Assembly: GCF_001465295.1 (NCBI RefSeq)
Contig: NZ_CP011034.1
Coordinates: 1,350,001-1,382,000, forward strand
DNA length: 32,000 nt
Reading direction: 5' to 3'
Source of the DNA: Pseudoalteromonas translucida KMM 520
GTDB taxonomy: Bacteria > Pseudomonadota > Gammaproteobacteria > Enterobacterales > Alteromonadaceae
The notes under the pieces: model-generated
The model's database searches: none
Told to the model about the DNA's origin: nothing
What the model saw: only the letters and a program-made list of their open reading frames with translations
Position numbers and translations under genes: made by a program
Part shown: piece by piece, positions 17,558-26,335 of the stretch
Layout: every line of letters begins with the position of its first letter
Position numbering within the stretch: position 1 is the first letter of the stretch

Positions 17558-18841
17558 CTATGCAGCCCCTTGCTGCTGACGACCTTTTTTAAATAGCTCT
17601 CTAAAAATAGGGTAAATATCCTCAACGCTTTGAATATGTTGTATGGCAAAATTAGCATGGCTTTGGGTTATGTCTTGATACTCGCGCCATAAACTTTGAT
17701 GCGCCCGCGTGGTTATTTCTATATAGGCAAAATAGCGCACTGCGTTTAATAATTTATTACGCAAAATTTGTCCACATTGCGGTGTGTCGTCTGCCCAGTT
17801 ATCACCATCAGACGCTTGCGCGGCATACACATTCCATTGTTCAGAGTTGTAGCGCTCTTTAATTATTTCGTCCATGAGTTTAAGGGCACTCGAAACAATC
17901 GTGCCGCCGGTCTCTTGGGAGTAAAAAAACTCTTGTTCGTCAACTTCTTTAGCTTGCGTGTGATGGCGAATATATACCACTTCAATGTCTTTATAGCTGC
18001 GTGTTAAAAACTGATATAGCAAAATATAAAAGCGCTTAGCCATGTCTTTTGTGGCCTGATCCATAGAGCCAGACACATCCATAATACAAAACATCACGGC
18101 TTTGCTGGTAGGGTGAGGGCGTTTTTCGTAATTACGAAAACGTAAGTCGTAATTATCAATAAAAGGCACTGCCTTAATTTGCTTTTTAATCAGTTCAATT
18201 TCACTACTTAACAGCACAATAGCAGCTTTATCAGGATGTGCTTGTGCAAGTAAAATAACTAACTGAGCTTCAAGCTCTGCTAATAAACGCTTTTTACCTG
18301 CGCTCATGGCCACGCGCCGTGCTAACGAGCCTTTGAGTGAGCGTACAATATCAATATTACTTGGCATACCATCGCTGCAAAAACCAGCGCGATGAGTTTT
18401 CATTTGTACTAGTTTGTCGAGCTGATTTTCTTGCAGGTTTGGCAGCTCTAAATCCTCGAACAATAAATCTAAATATTCATCCTTTGAAATCGAAAATACA
18501 AATTCATCTTGGCCTTCTCCCGAGTCGCTCGCTTCACCGCCTCCTGCGCCACCACCTTGCCCACCTTTAGGGCGCTCTACTTTATCGCCAGTAGAGAACT
18601 GATCGTTCCCTGGGTGTATTTGTTCTCTATTGCCGCCTTTGCCTTGATGAAATGTAGGTTCGCTAATATCGCGTTGCGGAATAGAAATACTCTCTCCCGA
18701 ACTTGCGTCGGTGACACTGCGTTTATTAATCGCATCAGAAACCGCTTCTTTAATTTGTTTTTTATAGCGCCTAATAAAGCGCTGGCGATTAAGCGTGCTT
18801 TTATTCTTTGCGTTTAATCGCCTATCTATAAAATGCGCCAT
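17558..18841 (-). CDS. yeaH: YeaH (DUF444) protein with a vWA-like MIDAS motif
   Basis: [10 protein letters not shown]... N-terminus typical of YeaH/YhbH. It has a glycine-rich acidic linker and a DVSGSM MIDAS-like motif, and sits between the prkA and spoVR homologues. Confidence 0.9.
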   Translation of the reverse strand: MAHFIDRRLNAKNKSTLNRQRFIRRYKKQIKEAVSDAINKRSVTDASSGESISIPQRDISEPTFHQGKGGNREQIHPGNDQFSTGDKVERPKGGQGGGAGGGEASDSGEGQDEFVFSISKDEYLDLLFEDLELPNLQENQLDKLVQMKTHRAGFCSDGMPSNIDIVRSLKGSLARRVAMSAGKKRLLAELEAQLVILLAQAHPDKAAIVLLSSEIELIKKQIKAVPFIDNYDLRFRNYEKRPHPTSKAVMFCIMDVSGSMDQATKDMAKRFYILLYQFLTRSYKDIEVVYIRHHTQAKEVDEQEFFYSQETGGTIVSSALKLMDEIIKERYNSEQWNVYAAQASDGDNWADDTPQCGQILRNKLLNAVRYFAYIEITTRAHQSLWREYQDITQSHANFAIQHIQSVEDIYPIFRELFKKGRQQQGAA

Positions 18842-18871
18842 TAATTACCTCCTAAACTACCAACATGAAGG

Positions 18872-20794
18872 TTATTGCGATTTTCTAACCCGTAAATACC
18901 ATTCAGATAACAACCGCACTTGTTTTTGTGTGTAGCCTTTTTCGACCATACGATTAACAAAGTCTTCGTGTTTTTGCTGATCCTCGGCAGAGGTTTTGGT
19001 ATTAAACGAAATAACGGGTAGTAAATCTTCGGTGTTAGAGAACATTTTTTTCTCGATCACAGTGCGCAATTTTTCGTAGCTGGTCCACAGTGGGTTTTTA
19101 CCGTTATGGTGCGCTCGAGCCCTAAGCACAAAGTTTACTATTTCGTTACGAAAATCTTTTGGATTAGATATACCCGCTGGCTTTTCTATTTTTTCAAGTT
19201 CTGCATTAAGGGCGTCTCGATCAAATAGTTGGCCAGTATCAGGGTCGCGATATTCTTGATCTTGAATCCAAAAATCGGCGTAAATAACATAACGGTCAAA
19301 AATATTTTGTCCGTATTCAGAATACGACTCTAAGTATGCGGTTTGCAGCTCCTTACCAATAAACTCAACATATTGTGGAATTAAATAGCCTTTTAAAAAA
19401 CTCAGATAACGCTCTTCAGTATCAGATGAAAATTGCTCACGCTCAATTTGTTGTTCTAACACATAAAATAAATGTACTGGGTTCGCAGCAACCTCTAGGG
19501 TGTCAAAATTAAATACTCGCGATAAAATTTTAAAAGCAAAACGGGTAGAAAGTCCTGTCATACCTTCATCAACCCCAGCATAGTCTCGATACTCTTGATA
19601 CGATTTAGCTTTTGGGTCGGTGTCTTTTAGGGTTTCGCCGTCATATACTCGCATTTTTGAAAAAAGACTCGAGTTTTCAGGCTCTTTTAATCGTGATAGC
19701 GTTGAAAACTGCGCTAAAATTTTAAGTGTTCCCGGGGCGCACGGCGCGTTGTACAACTCACTGTGCTGAAGTAGCTTATCGTAAATTTTAATTTCTTCGG
19801 TAACACGTAAGCAATAAGGAACCTTAACAATATATACCCGGTCTAGGAATGCCTCATTGTTTTTATTGTTTTTAAAAGTTTGCCACTCAGATTCGTTAGA
19901 GTGGGCTAGTATCATGCCGTTAAAGGGCAGAGCACTAATACCTTCAGTACCGTTATAGTTACCCTCTTGGGTGGCTGTTAGCAGAGGATGCAGTACCTTA
20001 ATAGGCGCTTTGAACATCTCAACAAACTCCATTAAGCCTTGGTTTGCTAAACATAAAGATCCAGAGTAGGCGTAAGCATCGGGATCATTTTGTGCAAAAT
20101 GTTCTAGTTGACGAATATCTACTTTACCCACTAGTGCCGAAATATCTTGGTTGTTTTCATCCCCAGGCTCTGTTTTGGCAATCCCTATTTGATTTAAAAT
20201 AGAAGGGTAGCGCTTAACCACTTTAAATTGGCTAATGTCTCCGTTAAATTCTTTTAAGCGTTTTCCGGCCCAAGGCGACATAATGGTTTTTAAATAGCGA
20301 GGTTTAATGCCGTATTCTTGTTCAAGTAATTTAGCATCTTCAATCGGGTCGAATAATGACAGCGGATGGTCGTTTACAGGGGAGCCTTTAATAGAATAAA
20401 TTGGTACTTGTTGCATCAAGTATTTCAGTTTTTCGGCAATTGATGATTTACCACCACCAACCGGACCCAATAAATAAAGAATTTGTTTACACTCTTCGAG
20501 ACCTTGAGAGGCGTGTTTTAAATAAGAAACAATTTGCTCGATGGCATCTTCCATACCATAAAAATCGGCAAAGGCAGGGTAGCGTGCTACAACACGATTA
20601 GAAAATAATCGACTTAAGCGTGCGTCTGTTGCTGTGTCTACCATTTGTGGCTCGCCAATTGCCATTAGTAGGCGCTCAGGGGCACTTGCATAGGCAGATT
20701 TGTCGGTTTTACAAATATCTAAAAACTCAGCGATACTGTACTCTTCTTCTTGTCCAGCTTCGTATCGTGCTTGGTAATGATCAAAAATCGTCAT
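18872..20794 (-). CDS. yeaG: PrkA family serine protein kinase (YeaG)
   Basis: MTIFDHYQARYEAGQEEEYSIAEFL parallels E. coli YeaG (MNIFDHYRQRYEAAKDEEF...). Walker A is LLGPVGGGKSS. ATG at 20794 is preceded by GGAGG. Confidence 0.95.
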   Translation of the reverse strand: MTIFDHYQARYEAGQEEEYSIAEFLDICKTDKSAYASAPERLLMAIGEPQMVDTATDARLSRLFSNRVVARYPAFADFYGMEDAIEQIVSYLKHASQGLEECKQILYLLGPVGGGKSSIAEKLKYLMQQVPIYSIKGSPVNDHPLSLFDPIEDAKLLEQEYGIKPRYLKTIMSPWAGKRLKEFNGDISQFKVVKRYPSILNQIGIAKTEPGDENNQDISALVGKVDIRQLEHFAQNDPDAYAYSGSLCLANQGLMEFVEMFKAPIKVLHPLLTATQEGNYNGTEGISALPFNGMILAHSNESEWQTFKNNKNNEAFLDRVYIVKVPYCLRVTEEIKIYDKLLQHSELYNAPCAPGTLKILAQFSTLSRLKEPENSSLFSKMRVYDGETLKDTDPKAKSYQEYRDYAGVDEGMTGLSTRFAFKILSRVFNFDTLEVAANPVHLFYVLEQQIEREQFSSDTEERYLSFLKGYLIPQYVEFIGKELQTAYLESYSEYGQNIFDRYVIYADFWIQDQEYRDPDTGQLFDRDALNAELEKIEKPAGISNPKDFRNEIVNFVLRARAHHNGKNPLWTSYEKLRTVIEKKMFSNTEDLLPVISFNTKTSAEDQQKHEDFVNRMVEKGYTQKQVRLLSEWYLRVRKSQ

Positions 20795-20956
20795 AAAGAC
20801 CTCCAAAACCCACTTTAAAAATAGCTTAACTTCTTAAAGTCTAGTCACGATTTTGAATTTTTGTGCAATAAAATTAAAAATTTATATTAAAAATTATGAT
20901 CTTGACTTTTTAATATAAGAGGTACTAGTACAGGGAGGTGGTAATTGACCAAGCAT

Positions 20957-20982
20957 AAAAAAAGACGCCGCAGCGTCTTTTT
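20957..20982. terminator. Terminator downstream of sodB (hairpin with A/T runs on both sides)
   Basis: AAAAAAAGACGC-CGCA-GCGTCTTTTT. Confidence 0.8.
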
Positions 20983-21004
20983 AAATTTAGCTTTTAAGGG
21001 CTAA

Positions 21005-21586
21005 TTAAGCGAAGTTAGCGTTCGCGAATTCCCAGTTAACTAGCGACCAAAAACCTTTAAGGTAATCTGGACGAACGTTACGGTAATCGATGTAGTAAGC
21101 GTGTTCCCATAAATCCACAGTTAGGATTGGAGTAACGCCATCATCAGTTAATGGTGTAGCAGCGTTAGAAGTGTTAACTATGTCTAGTGAACCATCAGCT
21201 AGTTTAACTAACCAAGTCCAGCTTGAACCAAAGTTATTAACTGCTTTGTCGTTTAATGCTTCTTTAAATGCATCAAAAGAGCCCCATTTAGCATTGATTG
21301 CATCAGCAACCGCGCCAGTAGGTGCGCCACCGCCATTTGGCGATAAACTGTTCCAGTAGAACGTATGGTTCCAGATTTGTGCAGCGTTGTTAAATACGCC
21401 ACCGTCTGATGAACATACGATTTCTTCTAGAGATTTGTTTTCAAACTCAGTGCCTGGGATCAAGCCATTAAGTTTAACAACATAAGTGTTGTGGTGTTTA
21501 CCATGATGAAACTCAAGAGTTTCTTTTGAAATATGTGGCTCAAGTGCATCAATTGCATATGGTAGTGACGGTAGTTCAAATGCCAT
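21005..21586 (-). CDS. sodB: Iron superoxide dismutase
   Basis: [32 protein letters not shown]... and ...[19 protein letters not shown] are classic Fe/Mn-SOD signatures. The sequence is closest in style to SodB. Confidence 0.95.
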   Translation of the reverse strand: MAFELPSLPYAIDALEPHISKETLEFHHGKHHNTYVVKLNGLIPGTEFENKSLEEIVCSSDGGVFNNAAQIWNHTFYWNSLSPNGGGAPTGAVADAINAKWGSFDAFKEALNDKAVNNFGSSWTWLVKLADGSLDIVNTSNAATPLTDDGVTPILTVDLWEHAYYIDYRNVRPDYLKGFWSLVNWEFANANFA

Positions 21587-21852
21587 TTTTTATCTCCATC
21601 TTCTTTTAGTTAATAGTCCATTTAGTAATACGTAATGCCTGTTGGAACAGGCCAGTTATCTATACCAAACGGGAATATAGTGTTACTATAATTGTTGAGT
21701 ATTCTACTCAAGTTTTAGCAAACAGCAATGCTGTTGCTAAAGACTATTTCAATTGCGGCTTTATTTGCCCATTTTAAGTTATAGATCTATGGTCTCACTG
21801 AGTTATTTTCAAGGCCTAGGTATATTAAATTATCGTCATTTTGAGGTTGTAG

Positions 21853-22191
21853 ATGGAAACCATTGATAAAATTAAACAGCAAATTTCAGAAAACCCAATA
21901 ATCCTTTTCATGAAAGGATCGCCTAAGTTGCCTAACTGTGGTTTTTCTTCACAAGCATCACAAGCGTTAATGTCATGTGGTGAACCATTTGCATATGTTG
22001 ATATTTTACTTAATCCAGACATTCGTGCTGAGCTTCCTGCTTATGCAAATTGGCCTACATTCCCACAGTTATGGGTAGATGGCGAATTAGTTGGTGGTTG
22101 TGATATTATCATCGAAATGTTTCAACGTGGTGAATTACAACCACTAATTACTGAAACAGCAGCTAAATATAAAGAAGCTGACGCAGAATAA
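21853..22191 (+). CDS. grxD: Monothiol glutaredoxin (Grx4 family)
   Basis: CGFS active site (KLPNCGFSSQA), WPTFPQLWVDGELVGGCDI, 112 aa. Confidence 0.95.
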   Translation: METIDKIKQQISENPIILFMKGSPKLPNCGFSSQASQALMSCGEPFAYVDILLNPDIRAELPAYANWPTFPQLWVDGELVGGCDIIIEMFQRGELQPLITETAAKYKEADAE

Positions 22192-22241
22192 TATATCTCA
22201 ATAAACACGCTTTTTAAGGTATATTGATACAAAATTTTGCT

Positions 22242-22304
22242 AAAACAATAAAACCACTTTTATAGTGGTTTTATAGTGGTTTTATAGTGGTTTTATTGTT
22301 TTTT
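22242..22304 (+). terminator. grxD terminator: 17-bp perfect stem whose 3' arm/loop contains 3 tandem copies of an 11-mer (TATAGTGGTTT)
   Basis: AAAACAATAAAACCACT (22242-22258) is the exact reverse complement of AGTGGTTTTATTGTTTT (22286-22302) and is followed by more T. TATAGTGGTTT repeats at 22261, 22272 and 22283, with a degenerate fourth unit at 22294. Confidence 0.75.
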
Positions 22305-22522
22305 ATTAATCGTTTCTTATGTATGATTTTAGTATTAAAAATTTACAAAGCAGCCCCAGCCTTGAAAGCATAACCGCTATGCAACCAGAGCCCTCAGCTT
22401 TAAAAAGTTAACGTAGCTTACCGATAAAATACCTACTAAAAGCCAACATTAGAACACCACATTAAAGCGCTTTATCACACTGTAAGTACTTTATTTATTG
22501 CTTGAATAAAATGTAGTAACAC

Positions 22523-22846
22523 TTAGTCCATAGAAAAATGATCTAACGAGGGCCTGCCTTTAGCTTTTGCGCGTTTTAAACCTAAATAACAAGCTAAATT
22601 ACATAGTAATTGCAATGTAATTATGAGCCCACAACTAATAATAAAATTATTTAAAGTGGCTGTTGTATTATTCATTATAAAAACCAGCGTGACCAATAAC
22701 TGCCACACCAATGCTGTATTTAAATAGCGCAATAAAACCTGCTTAAAGTGAGTATGTTTAAAGGTACTCAAAATCAGAAAAGCGAGGCTAATTATTAACA
22801 CTAACCAGCCCGCAGTTAAACAAAAGTAGGCAACTGTATTTTGCAT
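22523..22846 (-). CDS. Small hypothetical membrane protein (107 aa, about 3 TM helices)
   Basis: ATG at 22846 is preceded by AAGGA at a 5-nt spacing, 53 nt downstream of the recN stop on the same strand. There are three long hydrophobic stretches and a basic C-terminus (KRAKAKGR). Confidence 0.5.
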   Translation of the reverse strand: MQNTVAYFCLTAGWLVLIISLAFLILSTFKHTHFKQVLLRYLNTALVWQLLVTLVFIMNNTTATLNNFIISCGLIITLQLLCNLACYLGLKRAKAKGRPSLDHFSMD

Positions 22847-22899
22847 TTTAATCCTTAACCCTACTAATCACTTATTAAAATAAACGCACAAAACTAATA

Positions 22900-24573
22900 C
22901 TAAGCGTGTGCCATTATTAGCTCTTTAGCGTTTGCTTTTGCTGTTTTACTTATATTGTCACCCCCTAATAGGCGGGCTATTTCGTTAACTCTGCCATCTT
23001 TGTTTAAAGGCAGCATTTGGGTAAAGGTTTCTCCATTTGCTATTTCTTTAGCAACAAAAAACTGTTGATGCGCGCTACTGGCTACTTGCGGTAAATGGGT
23101 AACACAGATCACTTGGGTAGACTTACCTAATTGACGCAATAACTTACCAACAGCAGAGGCCGTTGGCCCAGAGATCCCCACATCAACTTCATCAAAAATG
23201 AGGGTAGGTGTTGTGACTTTTTGCGCAATAATGACCTGAATAGCTAAACTTATACGCGACAACTCACCACCCGAAGCAACCTTTGCTAATGGTTGTAATG
23301 GTTGCCCTGGGTTGGTTGACACTAAAAACGATACATTGTCGTAACCTAAGCTATTGGGTGCGCGTTCGGTTTCTTGAGTTAGGGCAATTTCAAATATGCC
23401 GTTTTCCATTGACAGGTTTGCCATGCTGTCACTAATTAAGTGGTTTAGTGTATTAGCATACTCACGGCGGCTTTGGCTTAGTTGTTCACTAGCATGTTGA
23501 TAATGGCTAAGTGTGTTTTCAATTTCAGATTCTAACTGCTCTAAGCGAGAGCTGTTATTGCTAATAGACTCAAGCTCTTGGCTAATAGCTTGGTGAAATT
23601 CAACCAATGCTTGCGGTTTAATATGGTGTTTACGCGCTAAATCCATAGCGCCGCTTAATCTGTTTTCTACCTCTACTAAGCGAGCTGGGTCTAAATCGGC
23701 CTGTTCAGTGTAACTGCGTACTTCTCGGCTAGCTTCCTCTACTTGTACTGCGGCCTCTGCAAGCAATGTAGCTACGCTTGCTAACGTTTCGTCATATTGT
23801 GCCAGCTCAGAAAATTGTTGCGCGCTGTGTTGCAATAACGAACAAGCATTTTGCTCATCACTTTCGTATAAATGCTGTAACTCACGCTGACACGTTTCTA
23901 AAATCGTTTGGCTATTACTTAATTTGTAATGCTCAGCTTCTATTTGTTCAAATTCACCTTCTTGTAGGGCAAACTCATTAAGCTCTGCTACTTGGTACTC
24001 TAATAGTTGTTTTTGCGCAGATTGTTGCTGCTGTTGTTGTTGTAAGTGTTTAAATTCTTTTTGTAAATTAGCAAATTGCTTATAGCTTTGGCTAACGTCA
24101 CTGACCAAATTATGATGTCCAGCATAGGCATCTAGTAGCTGCAGTTGATGCTCGGCTTTTAACAAGTGTTGGTGGGCATGTTGGCCATGAATAGAAATTA
24201 AATACTGGCCAAGCTCTTTTAGTTGCGCTGCAGTTACAGCACTGCCATTAATGTAGCTTTTGCTGCGGCCATTTTTACACACCACGCGGCGCAATAAACA
24301 TTCGTTATCGGCGTTGCTCAACATATGGTGTTCTAAAAAAGCATGAGCGAGGGGCAAATTACTTAAATCAAATTGCGCGCACACTTCCGCTTTATCTGTG
24401 TTTGGGCGCACAGCAGAGGCTTCGGCGCGCTCCCCTAAGCATAGCGAAAGGGCATCAATGGCTATCGACTTACCCGCACCCGTTTCACCGGTAATTGCGG
24501 TCATGCCGTTTTGCCACTCTGTACTTAAATTACTTACAATTGCGAAATTTTTAATTTCTAAACCAATTAACAT
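22900..24573 (-). CDS. recN: DNA repair protein RecN
   Basis: MLIGLEIKNFAIVSNLS...ITGETGAGKSIAIDALSLCLGERAE parallels the E. coli RecN N-terminus. It has a long coiled-coil middle and a C-terminal SGGELSRISLA signature. The start was chosen at ATG 24573, 7 codons inside the track ORF. Confidence 0.95.
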   Translation of the reverse strand: MLIGLEIKNFAIVSNLSTEWQNGMTAITGETGAGKSIAIDALSLCLGERAEASAVRPNTDKAEVCAQFDLSNLPLAHAFLEHHMLSNADNECLLRRVVCKNGRSKSYINGSAVTAAQLKELGQYLISIHGQHAHQHLLKAEHQLQLLDAYAGHHNLVSDVSQSYKQFANLQKEFKHLQQQQQQQSAQKQLLEYQVAELNEFALQEGEFEQIEAEHYKLSNSQTILETCQRELQHLYESDEQNACSLLQHSAQQFSELAQYDETLASVATLLAEAAVQVEEASREVRSYTEQADLDPARLVEVENRLSGAMDLARKHHIKPQALVEFHQAISQELESISNNSSRLEQLESEIENTLSHYQHASEQLSQSRREYANTLNHLISDSMANLSMENGIFEIALTQETERAPNSLGYDNVSFLVSTNPGQPLQPLAKVASGGELSRISLAIQVIIAQKVTTPTLIFDEVDVGISGPTASAVGKLLRQLGKSTQVICVTHLPQVASSAHQQFFVAKEIANGETFTQMLPLNKDGRVNEIARLLGGDNISKTAKANAKELIMAHA

Positions 24574-24574
24574 A

Positions 24575-24590
24575 CTGTTTATCCATCCAG
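24575..24590. promoter_or_regulatory. Imperfect LexA (SOS) box abutting the recN start codon
   Basis: CTGT-TTATCCAT-CCAG, i.e. CTGT-N8-CCAG, 15/16 to the CTGT-N8-ACAG frame. Confidence 0.5.
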
Positions 24591-24598
24591 TCAATTAA

Positions 24599-24614
24599 CT
24601 GTTAATTTATACAG
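24599..24614. promoter_or_regulatory. Consensus LexA (SOS) box upstream of recN
   Basis: CTGT-TAATTTAT-ACAG, a perfect CTGT-N8-ACAG with an AT-rich core. It overlaps a TATAAA/TAAATT -10-like element, with a TTGCAA -35-like hexamer at 24627-24632 (minus strand). Confidence 0.8.
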
Positions 24615-24648
24615 TGTTTTGGTTTTTTGCAAATTAAATTTTTATGAC

Positions 24649-25206
24649 TTACGCAATTTCTTCATCTTGAATAATTTTAGAATGGCTATTAATTTCGCTT
24701 ATTTCGTCAGCATTATTAATATTATCAGCGAGTTGTTCTATGTCTTCTGTTTTAATATTAACAATCAGGGCGGGTAAAATAGTTTGATAAAAAGTCTTGT
24801 TATATAAAATACCTTGCGAGGGAAGTTCTGCTACAAAGTACTGGATATTATCGACTAAATTTTGAGAAACATTGCTTTGATAAGTTTTAATTAACTCGTT
24901 CGACAGTACATTAATAAGTAAATCGGCAGTACTTTCTAACTGGTTTAGGTTTTCATCCGTGTGAGCTTGCACCACAAAAAAATTGCTTATAATTGCTTGT
25001 ATGCGTGGCAGATATTTGGGGCGGATAAGTTTAGCGTCAAGTAACTCATTGAGCTTTAGCTTTAAGCGAGTATTAACTTGTGATACTCGAGCATTAAAAA
25101 GCTTTTTTTTCGCTTCGATGGCTTTTTTACGGTTATTTTCAACAATTAAATAACTAGCTAATAATGTAATTAATAATAATAAAGCAAAAAAAACAATATA
25201 AGTCAT
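24649..25206 (-). CDS. Hypothetical membrane-anchored protein (185 aa, single N-terminal TM, helical remainder)
   Basis: ATG at 25206 with AGGA upstream. The N-terminus is IVFFALLLLITLLASYLIV followed by a basic stretch. No recognisable family. Confidence 0.6.
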   Translation of the reverse strand: MTYIVFFALLLLITLLASYLIVENNRKKAIEAKKKLFNARVSQVNTRLKLKLNELLDAKLIRPKYLPRIQAIISNFFVVQAHTDENLNQLESTADLLINVLSNELIKTYQSNVSQNLVDNIQYFVAELPSQGILYNKTFYQTILPALIVNIKTEDIEQLADNINNADEISEINSHSKIIQDEEIA

Positions 25207-25283
25207 TGCCGCACAATCCTGATTGGGTTAGCTATTTTATAAAAAATATATTTTGCTCTAAAGCACGATACTTAGCAATAAAA

Positions 25284-26168
25284 TTAGTATAAACGACTGC
25301 CCCAATTGAGCTTTTGGCGTAATACGTTGTAATAAGAGTAATTTTTAGGATGAATAAGGCGCAGCTTTTTATCGGCTTTTTTAATGACTACCTCATCACC
25401 GGGTAAAACGGCGAGTACTACATGGCTGTCGCAGCTAACTTGCAAGCTATCGGTGTTTTCAAGGCTTAGTTTTAAGCGCACTTCGTTATCAGCATCAACT
25501 ACCAGCGGACGGCTCGATAAAGTATGTGGAAACATAGGCACTAGCGCTATTGCGTTAAGCTCAGGAGTAAGGATAGGGCCGCCCCCCGATAGTGAATAAG
25601 CAGTTGAGCCGGTAGGGGTAGATACAATAAGTCCATCAGAGCGCTGAGAAAACACAAAGTCGTTATTTATAAAGGCTTCAAACTCAATCATGTGCGCTAC
25701 TTTGTCGGCATGTAAAACGGCTTCGTTTACAGCAGAGTTAGCACTTTTAAGCTCGTTATGACGATACACTTCTACTTCAAGTAAGAAGCGCTTTTCTTCA
25801 ATATACTCGCCGCTGAGTACCTGCTCTAAACTGGCTTCAAAACCCTCGGGGTTTAAATCGGTTAAAAACCCAAGGTTGCCTCGGTTTACACCTATAACGG
25901 CTATATCAAAGCGTGCTAATACACGCGCTGCGCCAAGCATATTGCCATCGCCACCTACTACAATGGCTAAATCAGCTTGTTCACCTAAGTCGACCAGTTT
26001 AACTAACTTATTTTTGGGTATATCAATAAGTTGGCTTCCTGTACGTTTTTCTACAATAACTGCAAAACCAAGCGCAAGTAAAAATGTATGCAGGCGTTGC
26101 AAGGTTGCCGCCGCATCTGGATGATTTGGTTTACCAATAAGGCCGATAGTGCGAAAAGGAGAATCCAT
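25284..26168 (-). CDS. nadK: NAD+ kinase
   Basis: [11 protein letters not shown] and the [26 protein letters not shown] motifs; 294 aa. Divergent to the grpE locus, as in E. coli. Confidence 0.95.
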   Translation of the reverse strand: MDSPFRTIGLIGKPNHPDAAATLQRLHTFLLALGFAVIVEKRTGSQLIDIPKNKLVKLVDLGEQADLAIVVGGDGNMLGAARVLARFDIAVIGVNRGNLGFLTDLNPEGFEASLEQVLSGEYIEEKRFLLEVEVYRHNELKSANSAVNEAVLHADKVAHMIEFEAFINNDFVFSQRSDGLIVSTPTGSTAYSLSGGGPILTPELNAIALVPMFPHTLSSRPLVVDADNEVRLKLSLENTDSLQVSCDSHVVLAVLPGDEVVIKKADKKLRLIHPKNYSYYNVLRQKLNWGSRLY

Positions 26169-26299
26169 AATAAATACACAGCAAGTTTTAATATTTGTAG
26201 AGTAACCTAAAACAGAAGTGTTTGAAAATACAGATCGTTAGCAATACTGCCATGAATTAATCCTGCAGCTCATTAATTTAGGTGTCGTATAGCTAATCA

Positions 26300-26328
26300 C
26301 TTGAAATTAAGAAGCTCTGCCCCGATAT
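26300..26328 (+). promoter_or_regulatory. Sigma32 promoter upstream of the hrcA-like gene
   Basis: CTTGAAA (26300-26306), a 13-nt spacer, then CCCCGATAT (26320-26328). The predicted TSS is at or next to the ATG at 26336. Confidence 0.7.
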
Positions 26329-26335
26329 AAAGCAC

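Noticed and set aside
20807-20956. A sigma54 or sigma70 promoter for yeaG (for example TTGCAC...TAGACT on the minus strand).
   Set aside because: The matches are weak and the spacing ambiguous, and there is no GG-N10-GC sigma54 core. This is too speculative to annotate.
21825-22022. A 65-aa minus-strand ORF overlapping the start of grxD.
   Set aside because: It is antisense to a highly conserved CGFS glutaredoxin gene, and its product has no convincing features.
22261-22304. The tandem 11-mer as a CRISPR array or a minisatellite with coding potential.
   Set aside because: There are only 3-4 directly abutting units with no spacers, and the units form the 3' arm of a terminator hairpin. No cas genes are present.
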